A DNA stretch of 64,000 nucleotides from Psammoneis japonica (lineage: Eukaryota). Below are positions 46,858-58,610 of this stretch, one piece after another. The translations under genes were made by a program, and so were the position numbers. The stretch spans positions 62,001-126,000 of the forward strand of contig QPGO01000047.1 of assembly GCA_008632985.1 (NCBI GenBank), read 5' to 3'. The notes under the pieces were generated by a model, which saw only the letters and a list, made by a program, of their open reading frames with translations, was not told the DNA's origin and made no database searches. Numbering within the stretch: position 1 is the first letter of the stretch; every line of letters starts with the position of its first letter.

Positions 46858-47865
46858 ATGCGTGTCACGACCATGAGCAACGCAGCGGCAGAGCCAGCCT
46901 CCTCCTCTTCGTCCTCCTCCGGTGATGACTCTTCCGTGTCATTAACCTCCTCAGAGGAATCACCCTCGGCAGTCGCTAAAATTCGCAGCTTGGAAGACCT
47001 TCCGTCAGACGACAGCGTTTCTCTCGACAGTAGTAGCAGCAGCGATGATGATGAAGCGAGCGAGAGTAGCAGTGGCAGTAGCAGTCAAGCAGACGAAGAA
47101 TACGACAATGAAGATGACGTTGAACAGCACATGACTCTGCAAGAACGACTGGACAAACGACGCACAGAAGGTAGTATGAAGTTAACAAAGGCTTTACACG
47201 ACAAACGTCGACGAAAAAAGGAGGCGATCGAAAAGGCACGAGAACAACTGCACAAGTCGGACAAGAACCTTGCAGAAAAGGAGACAAAAACAAAGAAGAG
47301 GTCCAAGCATGCTCCAACAGTGGCAAGCTCGTTACGACGTGATTTTTATCAGCGTGGTGCGCCTCTATTGAACTCATCAGGCATTGGAGTGGAGATTGGA
47401 AGCGGAAGATACAAGGCTCGCGATCCGAGATTTAGTTCTGACGGCAACACAAAAGCCACCAATCGTAACTATGAATTTATGAAAGAAAAGCATCAAGAAG
47501 AAATAAAGAAAGTTAAACAGCGAATTGCGCTTCGAAAATTGACCGGAAGGCGGGGACAGCGACGACGTCAAGCACATCGAGCTGAATTGCAGCAAACGAC
47601 GTTGGAGCAAGATGAAGCTACTTTGCAACGATTGATTCAACAGAGAGCGACGCTACAACAGACAGAGTTGCAACAGCAAGTTCAGAAAGTCGTTCAAGAA
47701 AAGTACCACCAGCAGGGTTACTATCCGAAGCGCAACAAAGTGAAACAAATAACGACAGAGCTCAAGTATGAGCAGCTCAAGCGCAAAGGCGGGCAGAACG
47801 CAATCAACAAGGCCTTGGCAAAACGAAGGAAGAAAAACAAAAGCAAAGATGCAAAACTGTTTTGA
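46858..47865 (+). CDS. RRP36: rRNA biogenesis protein RRP36 (DUF947)
   Basis: Acidic/Ser-rich N-terminus, KKRSKHAP..SS, RDPRFS, NYEF, and YYPK..KYEQLK..KALAKRRKKN. Confidence 0.88.
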   Translation: MRVTTMSNAAAEPASSSSSSSGDDSSVSLTSSEESPSAVAKIRSLEDLPSDDSVSLDSSSSSDDDEASESSSGSSSQADEEYDNEDDVEQHMTLQERLDKRRTEGSMKLTKALHDKRRRKKEAIEKAREQLHKSDKNLAEKETKTKKRSKHAPTVASSLRRDFYQRGAPLLNSSGIGVEIGSGRYKARDPRFSSDGNTKATNRNYEFMKEKHQEEIKKVKQRIALRKLTGRRGQRRRQAHRAELQQTTLEQDEATLQRLIQQRATLQQTELQQQVQKVVQEKYHQQGYYPKRNKVKQITTELKYEQLKRKGGQNAINKALAKRRKKNKSKDAKLF

Positions 47866-48912
47866 TGGTCGTCGTGAACTAGACTTTCTATTGATCAATG
47901 CAATGAATCTGGTTGTTCCCTCGAGTTTGTCGTTCAGGGGTCGTGTAGTACTGCATCTCCTTCCTATGATTCTTGGTGAAAAGTGTAATTACACCTCTAG
48001 ACCAACACTAAAAGATAATAGTTACAACACTCCCTTGCTCGTCCTAAATCAAGCTAGATATCGGACTATTGACCGAACAGCTGATCTCCTCGCAGTGATA
48101 TTTCCCCTAGGAAACGTCAACTCGTTGAATAGCAGAAAGAGTAGTTAGTACGTTCGTCGGTTGACTCGTCATTCCACGATTTCAACACGATGATGCCATA
48201 TTTGATGTAGCGGCGTCAATTCGGATACAACACGAGATTTGGCCGATGCTGTTTTTGTGGACTATGGACTAGGTACTGAGATTCGCTCGCGGCGTTGATT
48301 CTGATTTGGTTTTGCTTTGATATCATCTCTTGCTCAATGCTTTAGCACCTATTCCTGTACAGTTTGGTAGAAGTGTGACGACGCAGGGAACCTGCCATGA
48401 AATGCCGGTCGTTTCATTGACTGCACCTCGTGTGAATGGGCCACGAAGCGAAAGAAGCGCCGGCGGTTACTAGATAAAAAGGGCTATATCTGGAAATGTC
48501 AATTGATTGAAATATCTAAACACGTGGAATGAGACCTCTTATCTAATTGCGTGTCTGAAGAAAACACGAGCTAAATCGCTATCACTTCCAATTCTCCCTC
48601 GACCTCTCACAACATCGGCTGAAAACTAAACACCAAAACCCTCCGTTGTTCTGCAGTCCCGGTTCATTTCAGGAGAATCATACATCATATCCAGCCCAAT
48701 ATTGAATATTGTAAAAGGTGACAACACCATCTTCGCCTCTCTCTGGCGACACGATCGATGCGGGGGAGTTGTGTTTTTGGTGCGTTTCACGTAGAAATCT
48801 ACGTGTCTGGTACTTGACGTCGATGCTTCCTCTCGATGGATGCCTCAATTTCTGCTCTCGATTCTCTCACAATCTTTTCTTTGAAGAGGAAAGTAATAGT
48901 CAAGACATCACC

Positions 48913-49929
48913 ATGATTGCCTTCATGAAGAACCTTGTTATCATCTCCCTTGGCATTGCTGCCGGTGCCATGAGCGCTGGTCCCTTTGCCAGCCCGCTTT
49001 CGGCCGTCTTTGACGCGACGGCGCAACGTGTATCGATTGCTACGAAAGCAAGTCAAGACATGCTTCGCATTGCTTTGGCTACGACCACGATGTTTACGCC
49101 GATCGAAAGCCATGACGACTCCTTTGTCCGCCTCCAGAACATCCTACGCAACACCACGCCTACGAGCATGCCCATTGAAGCTCAAATCAGGTCGAGCATC
49201 CATTGTGTGTCTTTTGACCACAAGGACTACGACTCCACCCTTCTTCACAACGCCATTCGAAACTGCACGCCTACGGACGACATGCCAGTTGATGCTCTAA
49301 AAGCCTCGAGCTCTGTCTGCCAGACCTCCTTCGACTTGTCCATCGAGCACAAAATTGATTTGTCCGGCCGTTTCCAAGAAATCCTTCGAGAGCACGCGCC
49401 CGCCGCAATGATGACCATCCCGACGTTTTCCGACACTTGCAAAAAGATTTTGTCAAACTGTGCCATTGAGACCACGTCGAAGTTGCACACGACATTCCAT
49501 GACTTCTCTTTGAAGACCACAAAGACTGTTCGTGAAACCGCTTCGAGCTTGCACAAGATCATCCATGACTCCTTGAAGACTTTCGTCACAAAGGCACGAA
49601 TTCAGGCTCGCATTTGGAAAGAATGTATGACGATGCCGTTGCAAACACCAAGATTGTCGTTAGAATATTGGTGGACGACAATTCAAGAAACGACCGATAG
49701 CCTTGTCACACTTGTTCAAACTCAGGCTCGCACTCTGTATGATAAATACGAGACGATGCCGTTTCGGACACCAAAATTGTTTTGTATCCAGAACATTGGT
49801 GGACGAGAGTTCAAAACTCGTGGAGAAGCTGTTAGTCTGGGTGCGAGTACGGGTGAGCAAGTTATCAAGAGTCGGGGACGTTCCTTGTGTCCCGACCCGA
49901 ATCATACGGTGAATTGGGTTAGTTGTTAG
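48913..49929 (+). CDS. Hypothetical secreted protein with short internal repeats
   Basis: Hydrophobic leader; paired repeats ETTSKLHTTFHDFSLKT/ETASSLHKIIHDSLKT and TMPLQTPRL/TMPFRTPKL. Confidence 0.6.
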   Translation: MIAFMKNLVIISLGIAAGAMSAGPFASPLSAVFDATAQRVSIATKASQDMLRIALATTTMFTPIESHDDSFVRLQNILRNTTPTSMPIEAQIRSSIHCVSFDHKDYDSTLLHNAIRNCTPTDDMPVDALKASSSVCQTSFDLSIEHKIDLSGRFQEILREHAPAAMMTIPTFSDTCKKILSNCAIETTSKLHTTFHDFSLKTTKTVRETASSLHKIIHDSLKTFVTKARIQARIWKECMTMPLQTPRLSLEYWWTTIQETTDSLVTLVQTQARTLYDKYETMPFRTPKLFCIQNIGGREFKTRGEAVSLGASTGEQVIKSRGRSLCPDPNHTVNWVSC

Positions 49930-50522
49930 ACGTGCCGGGCAAGAGAGGTGTGGTGTGTTGTAGTGCGGGATTAGCTGTTGTGTAGTTTACATTCGGAATA
50001 TTAGCGCAAGACGATTTGAGACTATTTTATTCATTGTATTGAATAGTAGGATCTACGTACTAGGGACTAGCATTTGAGTGGAGTACTTATTTCGATCCGA
50101 ACGCGTGATTGCTGTCGGGCCCATTCATCTTCCTGCCGAGTTGAAAGACGACCCTGCGAGTTTGTGACTGTCGGCAGTCTCGTTCTGTGTAATGCGTAAT
50201 GCCCAAAACCGAACCGATGCCGTCGAGTTTGCAGAAAATTGTTCCAGAATCCAAAGAACGTCTCCAAAACAACTGTTTCACGTCGCTGCCCAAGACGCCT
50301 ATTAATTATACATTGAGCAAGAAGGAACTCTTATTGGAAAAGCCATGCATATGGCTCGAACGATTTCCAGCATGGACGAATCTTGAGGGACCCATCGCGA
50401 CGGAGATTGTCAAGTTCCGAAATGTCTAACAACAATAATGAGAGCTCACGATCATTGAGTATGGGTGATTTGGAATAATTAATTGTACGACTTGATCCTT
50501 CATTGGAGGCATCGCAAGAGAA

Positions 50523-51098
50523 TTGGATGGATCGCAACAGCAATTCAGTAAGAGTTTTGGTGAAGCGTCCATTAGCAATTTTGATTTGTTAGCAGATAAT
50601 AACGATGACGACAGCAGCATTGACGATTTGTTGGGAGAAGAATTTACTCATCAAGATTCGCTTACATTTGAAGAAATGCAAGCTCTTGATTCCATGGAAA
50701 AGGCGGCGGAAGAAAAAATGAAGCAAGCCGATAGTGACGATTCAAAAGTTGATATTATCACGCTTCGATTTGATTTTGCCGGTTGGCAAGTAGGACGCGG
50801 ACACAAGCAAGTGAAGCAAGTATTGGAGGCTGCAAACTATTTGTTGTCTGGCAAGTTTCAGCAAACAACGAATCGTGATGAAAACGCACCGAGCAGATCT
50901 CTCGCCCCGAGACAAGCCCACTATCTTACATTCTATTGTTTGGCTATTCATACGGATCGCTTATATCCGCAAGCGCCAGTGCATCTATACCTCGCTGTGC
51001 GTCAGATGCGTTTCGATTGCCCCGCCCTGGGCGCAGTCAAACATTGGCTGCTATGTTTCAAGCTCGTGCGAGAAAGTCGTTGCCACGCTCAGTGGTAA
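50523..51098 (+). pseudogene. Coding-like acidic ORF without a clear start, possibly a gene remnant
   Basis: Protein-like D/E-rich frame with no recognisable domain. Confidence 0.3.
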
Positions 51099-51987
51099 TT
51101 GGAAATCGAGATAGTTTTACTTCTGAAAATGTATTCAACGAAATGACAGCGGATACTTTTGACGCTAACCCACTATGGGGGCTATCCTCAAGGACGCAGA
51201 CCAATTCTTTGCTCATAGGGAACGAGGATCATCAGCGCCTATCCCGAACTCGGAGGACCATTAGAACCACTCAGCCAAGCACAACTTGTATCTTATGCTA
51301 ACACACTAATCGTCAAGGAGGGTCAGGGAATTTCAGTGACATTTGGTGATCTTGGATGTAACAACGATTAAACGGTGTGCCTATGAAAACAGCCACGAAT
51401 ACAAGAACCATTCTACCGAGGATATGAAACGAAGAGGGAGTGTGAGCGTATGTGCTCATCGCCAGAGTTAGGTTGTCGCGGGTATCGGCGAGAACGTGCT
51501 TGAAAGGAACGAGAAATGAGCAGCTATTGTCGTTGACAGAGAGATCATAGCTGGACAAAGTCGCGAATGAATTGCTACCGCCGCCATTGCTGTTGCTCAG
51601 ACTGAATTATCACGCAATGTTTTAGAAAGAGAATGAACTTATTGATGCGCCCGGGCTCTTGTGATACTCAGGGAGGTGTCGTGATCGATCATTGTTGCTT
51701 GTCAACCTACTATGATCGACTTGAAGCGGACGGGAGAAAAATGCAAGGAAGGGTGACGATTTCTGGGACAATCGATCCGAGGCCATCGTTTGAGTGCATT
51801 TCATCAGAGCATACCTTGTTCTAAGTAGATACCGTGAACGTAGTAGCTTGAGAAGCGCCTTGGCACCAGTAGGGCAGTAATTGCTCCTTATAAAAAAACG
51901 GATAGCAAGTTATAGTGCTCAACACGACGGCAGCAGTATTAGCGACTAGTGAGAGCAGTTCTTGGATACTGTGCGACGAATGAAACA

Positions 51988-53480
51988 TCAAATGTTGCAC
52001 GTTGGACCCCTCAAGGTGCCAAGATTTGATTTGAAAACCGAGAAGTTCAAAAAGCCTTCTTCAGCCTTTCGAAGGAATAGAACGTCTTCGTCACAAAAGC
52101 GAACTTCATTCTGGCCCTTTTGGAGAAAGGCAAAGATATCGACAAATTCTGAAGGGCCCGCCTTGATTGGAGCATCTAAATGTGCCGGAACGATTCTTTC
52201 AAACTTCCACTGTGACACCCTATCCACCCATTCTTTCAACGTGTCGCCTGAGTTTCCACGACTATGATAATTTGTATAATTGGAAAAACAGCCGGTTTCC
52301 CGTTGCCCTTGTAAACATCGAATGCCTTTCGCTCTGCCTCTTCACTCTTCCATGAGAAGGGCAACCATCCGCCCCATCCGTACTTGTAGGGTCGCAAATT
52401 CAGCAAAGGTTTCACTCCAAGGTCAGCCACGGCAGCTCCAGGAAAAAAAAATTAAACAAGAGCACAATTCTACGCCACCCCTTTTGTCGATTCTCGGGTG
52501 TGTCCTCTACAAGTTGTGTGGGTGCGTCGCGGGCATGAAACAGCAAAGCTCTCGTGTACTCTGGTTCTTCTGTCAGGATTGCTGGTGGCTCATCGTTTAC
52601 GGCAATCACAGTGTCACAAATTATGAGAGTGCCAGACGCCTTGTGCCATACTGCCACGTCTTGAAACTCTGAAGCCGGACCGGGCTTTACATCAAGGACT
52701 TCGTGCTCGAGTTCTGAATTCCATAGTTGAGTACCTTTGCTCGATGACGGCAATGTCTTTGTCCATGAAGGTAGACCAAGAAACTGATCAGGAAGATTTA
52801 CAGGAAAGGCATATTGCTTGTCTGTAACATAAAAGTCTGCGGACGGAAAGGCTCGTGCAAAAGGTCCGGCATTCACCTTGTGCTCCACAGCTACTGAAGG
52901 AAGCAAAATTGTACGTACAGGTCCGTATTCGTCAATCAGTGGCTGTAGGAGCTGCAAGCATTCTTTTGTGGGAGCAACGGGTGCATACACAAAGAGACCG
53001 TTCGACAAGGCTGCTACCGTCATGCGGATAGGAACATGAACATAGTATATTCCAATCAATTGATCAAACGTCCAGACACCCTCCGCCACTTTTTTACGAA
53101 TGGTCTTGCGACGGGAATAAGGCGCCACAGGCAACGCAGTCCAAAGTGGCCATTCGGATTCTTTCGTAATTTCGGCTCGGGCTTGTTGCGAGGAAGAGGC
53201 AAGCGTTGCTGCTGTCAAGGCAGGGGCTTGTAGTACCCGAGATAGAACGGATCGTCTGTCTTCTGCGAAACAGCCTGTGGAGCAATCATCCTCGTCTTTA
53301 CCCGACTCGACAGCTGAAACGAATAAGTAGTACCGGTATTGATCGGAGCGCAGTAACATGTCTTCAGACTGACAGGGACTAGTGATGAGACTTTTCCCAA
53401 CGTAACCAGCAGCGAAAGCACAACATACTGCAAATACGTTGCTCGCCTCCAAAAAACATGAAACCAGAACGTTGCACCAT
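51988..53480 (-). CDS. DUF4336 family protein (probably plastid-targeted) with at least two 1-nt frameshifts
   Basis: WPLW..LP.APY..RKTI, VPIRMT, YAPVAPT.EC, VEHK and W.FERIVPAHL.API are DUF4336 motifs. Frame breaks at the A run 52443-52451 and near 52263. Confidence 0.85.
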
Positions 53481-53829
53481 GTACAGCGGTAATGTCGTTC
53501 ATCCCTCCTCTCACAAGATCAGGCTGCAAACTATTCCTTCAAAGCTGCATCCGATCCAACAACTATCACCTATCACAATCTTCGCCGAAGTATTGTCTTG
53601 CGCAAAATAAAAAAATTAAAAAGATAGGGACTATAACTACGGTAACTCCAAACTTCGCATAAAATAAAAGCTCGTCCGTCGCTCGTGTCTTCCTTTGATG
53701 TTTGCACCCGCCGCATCCACCCGCCCAGACTACACACCTCTCTCTACTCCAGTGGCCACCCCGAGTGCCGGTGCTGTAGCTAACTCTACCCCAGAGAGAA
53801 TAGAGGATGCAGGCAGCTAGATTGCCCAG

Positions 53830-56330
53830 CACACTGAGAGGAGAGACCCCGTTGAGTGAGATGCGAAAAACAGTTTGTGCGCTCTCTTCTGTCTTGTGGA
53901 AATCAGAGCAGCAGGTGACAACGAGAGGTGAAAGCGCTGTGCATGACCATGTCATGTTCGATCTCTCCATGCACTGCATGAAATTGCTTGCAAGCTTCAC
54001 TGCATTGGCAGGAGCTTCCAATGCAATGAACTCAAGGAAAAAGCATCTGAGAACAAGAGAAGGACCTCCTCCTGCACCAATGATGTGCTGTTGTCCAAGC
54101 CGACAAGCTGCTTGAAACAAAGCCAACTCACTCTGATTCTCCACATTGCCCAGCAAGAAAATGCATGCATCCTTGTGCAAGCAACACCCAAAAATGAGCA
54201 CAAGCAGCTTGAGTTCCAACAACCCAAGCCCCGCCATTGTGAGCAGCACTGCCAACACAAGCCCCCTTGACAATTGAAAGGACACGCCAGTCAGAATGCT
54301 GCAACCCATCTTTTGAGCCCAAAGATGAGCTTAAAATGTCTTGAGATGGACTGGCAACCCAAGTCATGAATGAATGAAAACAATGCTTTGCATGGCATGG
54401 CAGCACGTGTGTGTTCCATCAACATGAGATTGGCGCACACACACTCACACAACAAGATTGTGTCAAGGCAGATGGGTTGGTGAATGTCTTGAGATGGTGG
54501 GTTGTCAATCTGAACCATGGATGAGCAAACAATGCTTTGCATGGCATGCACATTTGTGCTCTGCAAACACTGGTGTGCACATTGAGCTTCCACCCAGATG
54601 CAGTGTTTTTGCATGAATGACCACAGTGTGTTCTGGGAGACAAGAATGGAGTCCATCATGGGTGGGAACCTGACCAAGCCCAACTGCTTTGAGGTGCACA
54701 AACAGCACATCAAGAGCAGCCAAAGATGCCAAGAACAGAGCCTCTGCTGGGAGTGCAGGTCCTCAGTGCAGGCAGGTGCCACACCAGCTGCTGCAGATGG
54801 AAGGGGGCAGCCAAAGAGGCAGAAGAAGCCCCAGGAGAAGGAGCATGCAGTCAGAGCTGGCCATTGTTCCAAGAATGAGTGAGAGGGCTTGATCAATGAC
54901 AAAGAGACCCAAGCAGGAAAGCAGCAGCTTTGAAGCCAGGGTGAGGCAGAGCACACTGGTGCAAGGTCAGCATGGCTGTTGCCACTGCTGGCAAGGACAA
55001 AATGAAGAGACGAGAACATGGTTGTTGTTGAACCACTCCTTCTGTGAAAAACTTTTGTCATGTGGTGGCCTTCAAGTTGCACAGTGTGAAAACCAAAAAG
55101 CCTTCTTCTCATTGTGGGCCCATTGTGTGAGATGCCCCACACTTTTGCAAGCAGACAACCCAGCCCATCAATGGTGCATCATCGTGGGTTTGTGTTGGAA
55201 GGCAAGCAACAATGAAGCTGTCCTCACAGCTGCCACCATCAAAAATGCACCCAAGTGTGTCAAGATGGCTTTCACATGTGGCTTGTGGAGTTGACAACAA
55301 AGCTTTGTCATGCAAGGTGGGCTTGAGCAAGGCCTGCTGGCTGCCATGGGGGTGAAGGTGTCCAAATGCAAAGCTGTTGCTGGTGTTGAAGTGTTCATTT
55401 TTGTTCTCACACAACTTGCCCCACATTCTGAAAGCACAAAACCAAATCTTGCTCATGCAAACTGAGATCAAAAAGATGAGAAATCAAAGAAAGGAGAGTC
55501 TGAAAAGGCCTTTGCTTGCAGCTGTCCAGTTTTGTAGATGGTCACTTCATGCTCACATTGGTGCCAGCCAAGATTCTGTGGGAAAGGTGCCTGCATGAGC
55601 TTCCTTGTCACTGAGAGCCCCCAACTGTTGTTGCAAGCAACAAAGATTGTTTTGGGCTTTTCTGCAAGAAGAGAGCAGTTGTTTCCTGTTGCAAACCTTC
55701 TTGATGAGCTTTTTAGTGGTGGTGCAAGAAAGTGAGGCTGGAGACAAGAAATCAAAGCAAGTGCAGCAAGGCTTGCAAGTGTTCTGCAACATGAATGTTT
55801 TGGGTGAGCACCCAAGCACTTGCCTGTCCGAGCACCCGCTGAAGATGTTTTGGATGAGCCTCCGAACATCATTGAAACATTGAAAACAAGAAGTCAACAG
55901 AGGAACAGAGCTGTTTGTGTGTGTTGTGAGATTTTTGAGAATTCCATTGACCTTTGCAATGACCCCAAAGATCAGCTGAATTTGAAAGATGTCTTTTCAG
56001 CACCACAAACAATGGCAACACAGACAAAAAGAGGAAGGAGGTGGCAACACATTGCTTTCTGAGAAATGTTGGCCATGTCAATGTCTGAACCCTCAGACAA
56101 GGCAGGCGGCCAACCCTTCCAAATGCTGCAACAGACCACAAAACTTGTTCTCCTCTTTGGCAGCAATGATGTCATCACATGGTGTGCACTCTGTCAACAA
56201 GCAGTGCTGGGATCTTTTTTGTGCTGATCACTTTCTTTGTGCATGTCTCATTCCCTTGAGCAACAATTTTCACATTGAGAGAGGGAACATTGACCATGTC
56301 ATCTGCATGACAGGCTTCATCATTAGATTG
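53830..56330. other. TpA- and CpG-depleted domain F
   Basis: About four TA seen in about 2.5 kb, and CpG nearly absent. Confidence 0.88.
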
Positions 56331-56540
56331 ATGGCATCATCGCCTGCAACCGGCAACCGGCGCAACCGGAGCGAGTTATTGTGCGCATGTTGTGCGCGCG
56401 CCGCACGTCTATGTGACGGGTGACGGACATGCTCTTCCGAATGCATTTTGCGTAGAAAACATACCAGGCCCAACGACACAACGGTCTTTTTCTGCAAGTC
56501 ACATTCCACAAAAAAGCAACACCGCCCGCTCAGCTCCACC

Positions 56541-57801
56541 ATGATGGACTCCTCTGACGATTTTTTCTCGCAGCAAACCTCTTCTGCGTCGTCTTCGTCC
56601 CTGCGAACACGTCGTGCACCACCACCACCTCCGCCGCGAAATAATGGTGCCAGTCGAGGTCCTCCTCCGCCTCCTCCCAAAGCGAGTCTCTCGTTGGGAA
56701 CGGCAGCAGGTGGAGCAAGTACGTCTGCGTCGTCGTATTATGGAAACAACAACGTAACCAATACCACTGCAAGGCCTCCAGCTCCGTCGTTTTATGGGTC
56801 TTCCAGCAATACTACCAATCAGAATGCGACAGCGACGGCTCAGAGTTCCTATTATGGAACAAGTACTCCAGCTCCCGCACCGGCTGTACCGGTAGCTTCT
56901 GCACCCGCAGCTCCCGATGCTTCTGATTGGTATCAACCGAGTGTAGCTCCGGCACCGGCTCCCATGCAACAATTCCATCCACAGGAGCATCATCAACAAC
57001 AACAGCCAAACGTGATGAATCCAGTACGATTCTTCAGCTGTTGCAGGTCAACCATCTTTAGAAGGAGCCATGGATAGCGGTGCCCCCGCCATGCCGGCCC
57101 CTCAAAGAAACGCTCCCCGTCGCACGTCATCCTTTGGTTTGTCCAGCATATTTGGAGCCTCCTCGGAAAGGAGCAACAGTGATATTCCTCCCGCAGCACC
57201 CACAAGCTCTGGTTCTGCCTATTTGAGTCAACCGTACGATCCCATGGAGTTTGCAGACGATCCACCCCTCCTCGAAGAACTCGGCATTGACACGGAAAAC
57301 ATTTGGTTCAAAACCAAGGCCGTCTTGTTTCCCTTGATCAAATTCAAAACCACTTCTTCCAAATACGCGTCGGTCCAACAAGTGGTGCAAGATGTCGATT
57401 TGGCGGGACCCCTCGCCTTTGCTTTGGCGCTCGGTGGAGAGTTGCTCTTGAGTGGCAAGGTGCACTTTTCGTACATTTATGGATTTGGACTCTTTGGCTG
57501 TTTGAGCATGACGCTTGTCTTGAATCTCATGAGTCCCGTCGATGCTATTTCCGTGTGGACCGTCACGTCTATTTTGGGTTATGCGCTCTTGCCTGTCAAT
57601 ATACTGGCGCTGGTCAAGTTGCTCTTGTTGGGGTATTTGGAAAGTTTGGGACGGGTCTTTGCCGTCTTGACCATTGCGTGGTGTACCGTGGCATCAACGC
57701 GCTTATTGGAACAAGGGTGTGGCATGCGGGATCAACGCTATCTAGTGGCGTATCCGATTGCGCTCTTGTACAGTGCCTTTGTCATGATTACAATCTTTTA
57801 A
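56541..57801 (+). CDS. YIP1: YIP1 family ER-Golgi membrane protein (YIPF5/Yip1p-like) with a frameshift near 57021
   Basis: DPPLLEELGID, DLAGPL, LLSGKVHFSYIYG, SILGYALLP and LVAYPIALLY..F. The Pro/Ser-rich N-terminal part is in a different frame. Confidence 0.9.
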
Positions 57802-58169
57802 AGAATGAAAGGTGTGATGTTGAAGATTATGGTTGTATTACACAAGTCAAGTAAATATCTCTAGTAAGTAGGAGGTTTGGTATTGCGTGGTACCGGTAGC
57901 TCTAGTAGATGAGTAGGTCTCTAGAAGTGTCCTATGGGTGATTCGTTAGCATAAGTTATTGTGTCGCATTGACTGCTCTCGATTTAGGATGCTGAGTACG
58001 AGAATTACGGGTTGCAATAATGAGCTGCACGGAGAATGCAATGGCTATCACAGTGTAGAAGTGGGCGACTACTGCTAGTTGTTGCCTGCGCTCTCTACAG
58101 ACAAACAACATGAATCTTGCGTTTGTTTAAAACATCGCAAACTGTCATAAACTGTGAAGAACACACGAC

Positions 58170-58610
58170 ATTTTGAGCATTCTCGTCAATGCAAAAACCG
58201 TGGCCTGTCATCTCAGAACAGCTCTTGCAAACAGAAAAAGGTTCCAATCAAAACCACAATGATTCCAACAATCAAAAAGTACCTTGCCAACTATAAAGTC
58301 CCTTGAGTTTGAGACAAAAGAGACACCAGCAAGATGAGGGCAATCACAGAGCCCATGCAACAGCCCACCAAATCCAAAACCACGCCCAAGGGCAGATCAT
58401 TGATGGCTAAAAAGGCTGCAACAACCCATGCCAAGAGAGTTGTCAGCATGATGTGAAAGAAAAAAACACTGACTGACATCCACCAACCACCAGGCATCTG
58501 CTGGAAGCAGCAACTTTGACCACACACCACTTGCCACAACTGTGCTGCTTTTCATGGTGGACAGACAAAAGACAGCGATAATTTCTGACTCATGACTTAA
58601 AGAAATGGCA
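58170..58610 (-). pseudogene. Hypermutated duplicate of the 3' end of the amino-acid transporter gene at 63100-63525
   Basis: Colinear nucleotide match, and LGVVLDLVGCCMG occurs in both copies. Confidence 0.92.
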
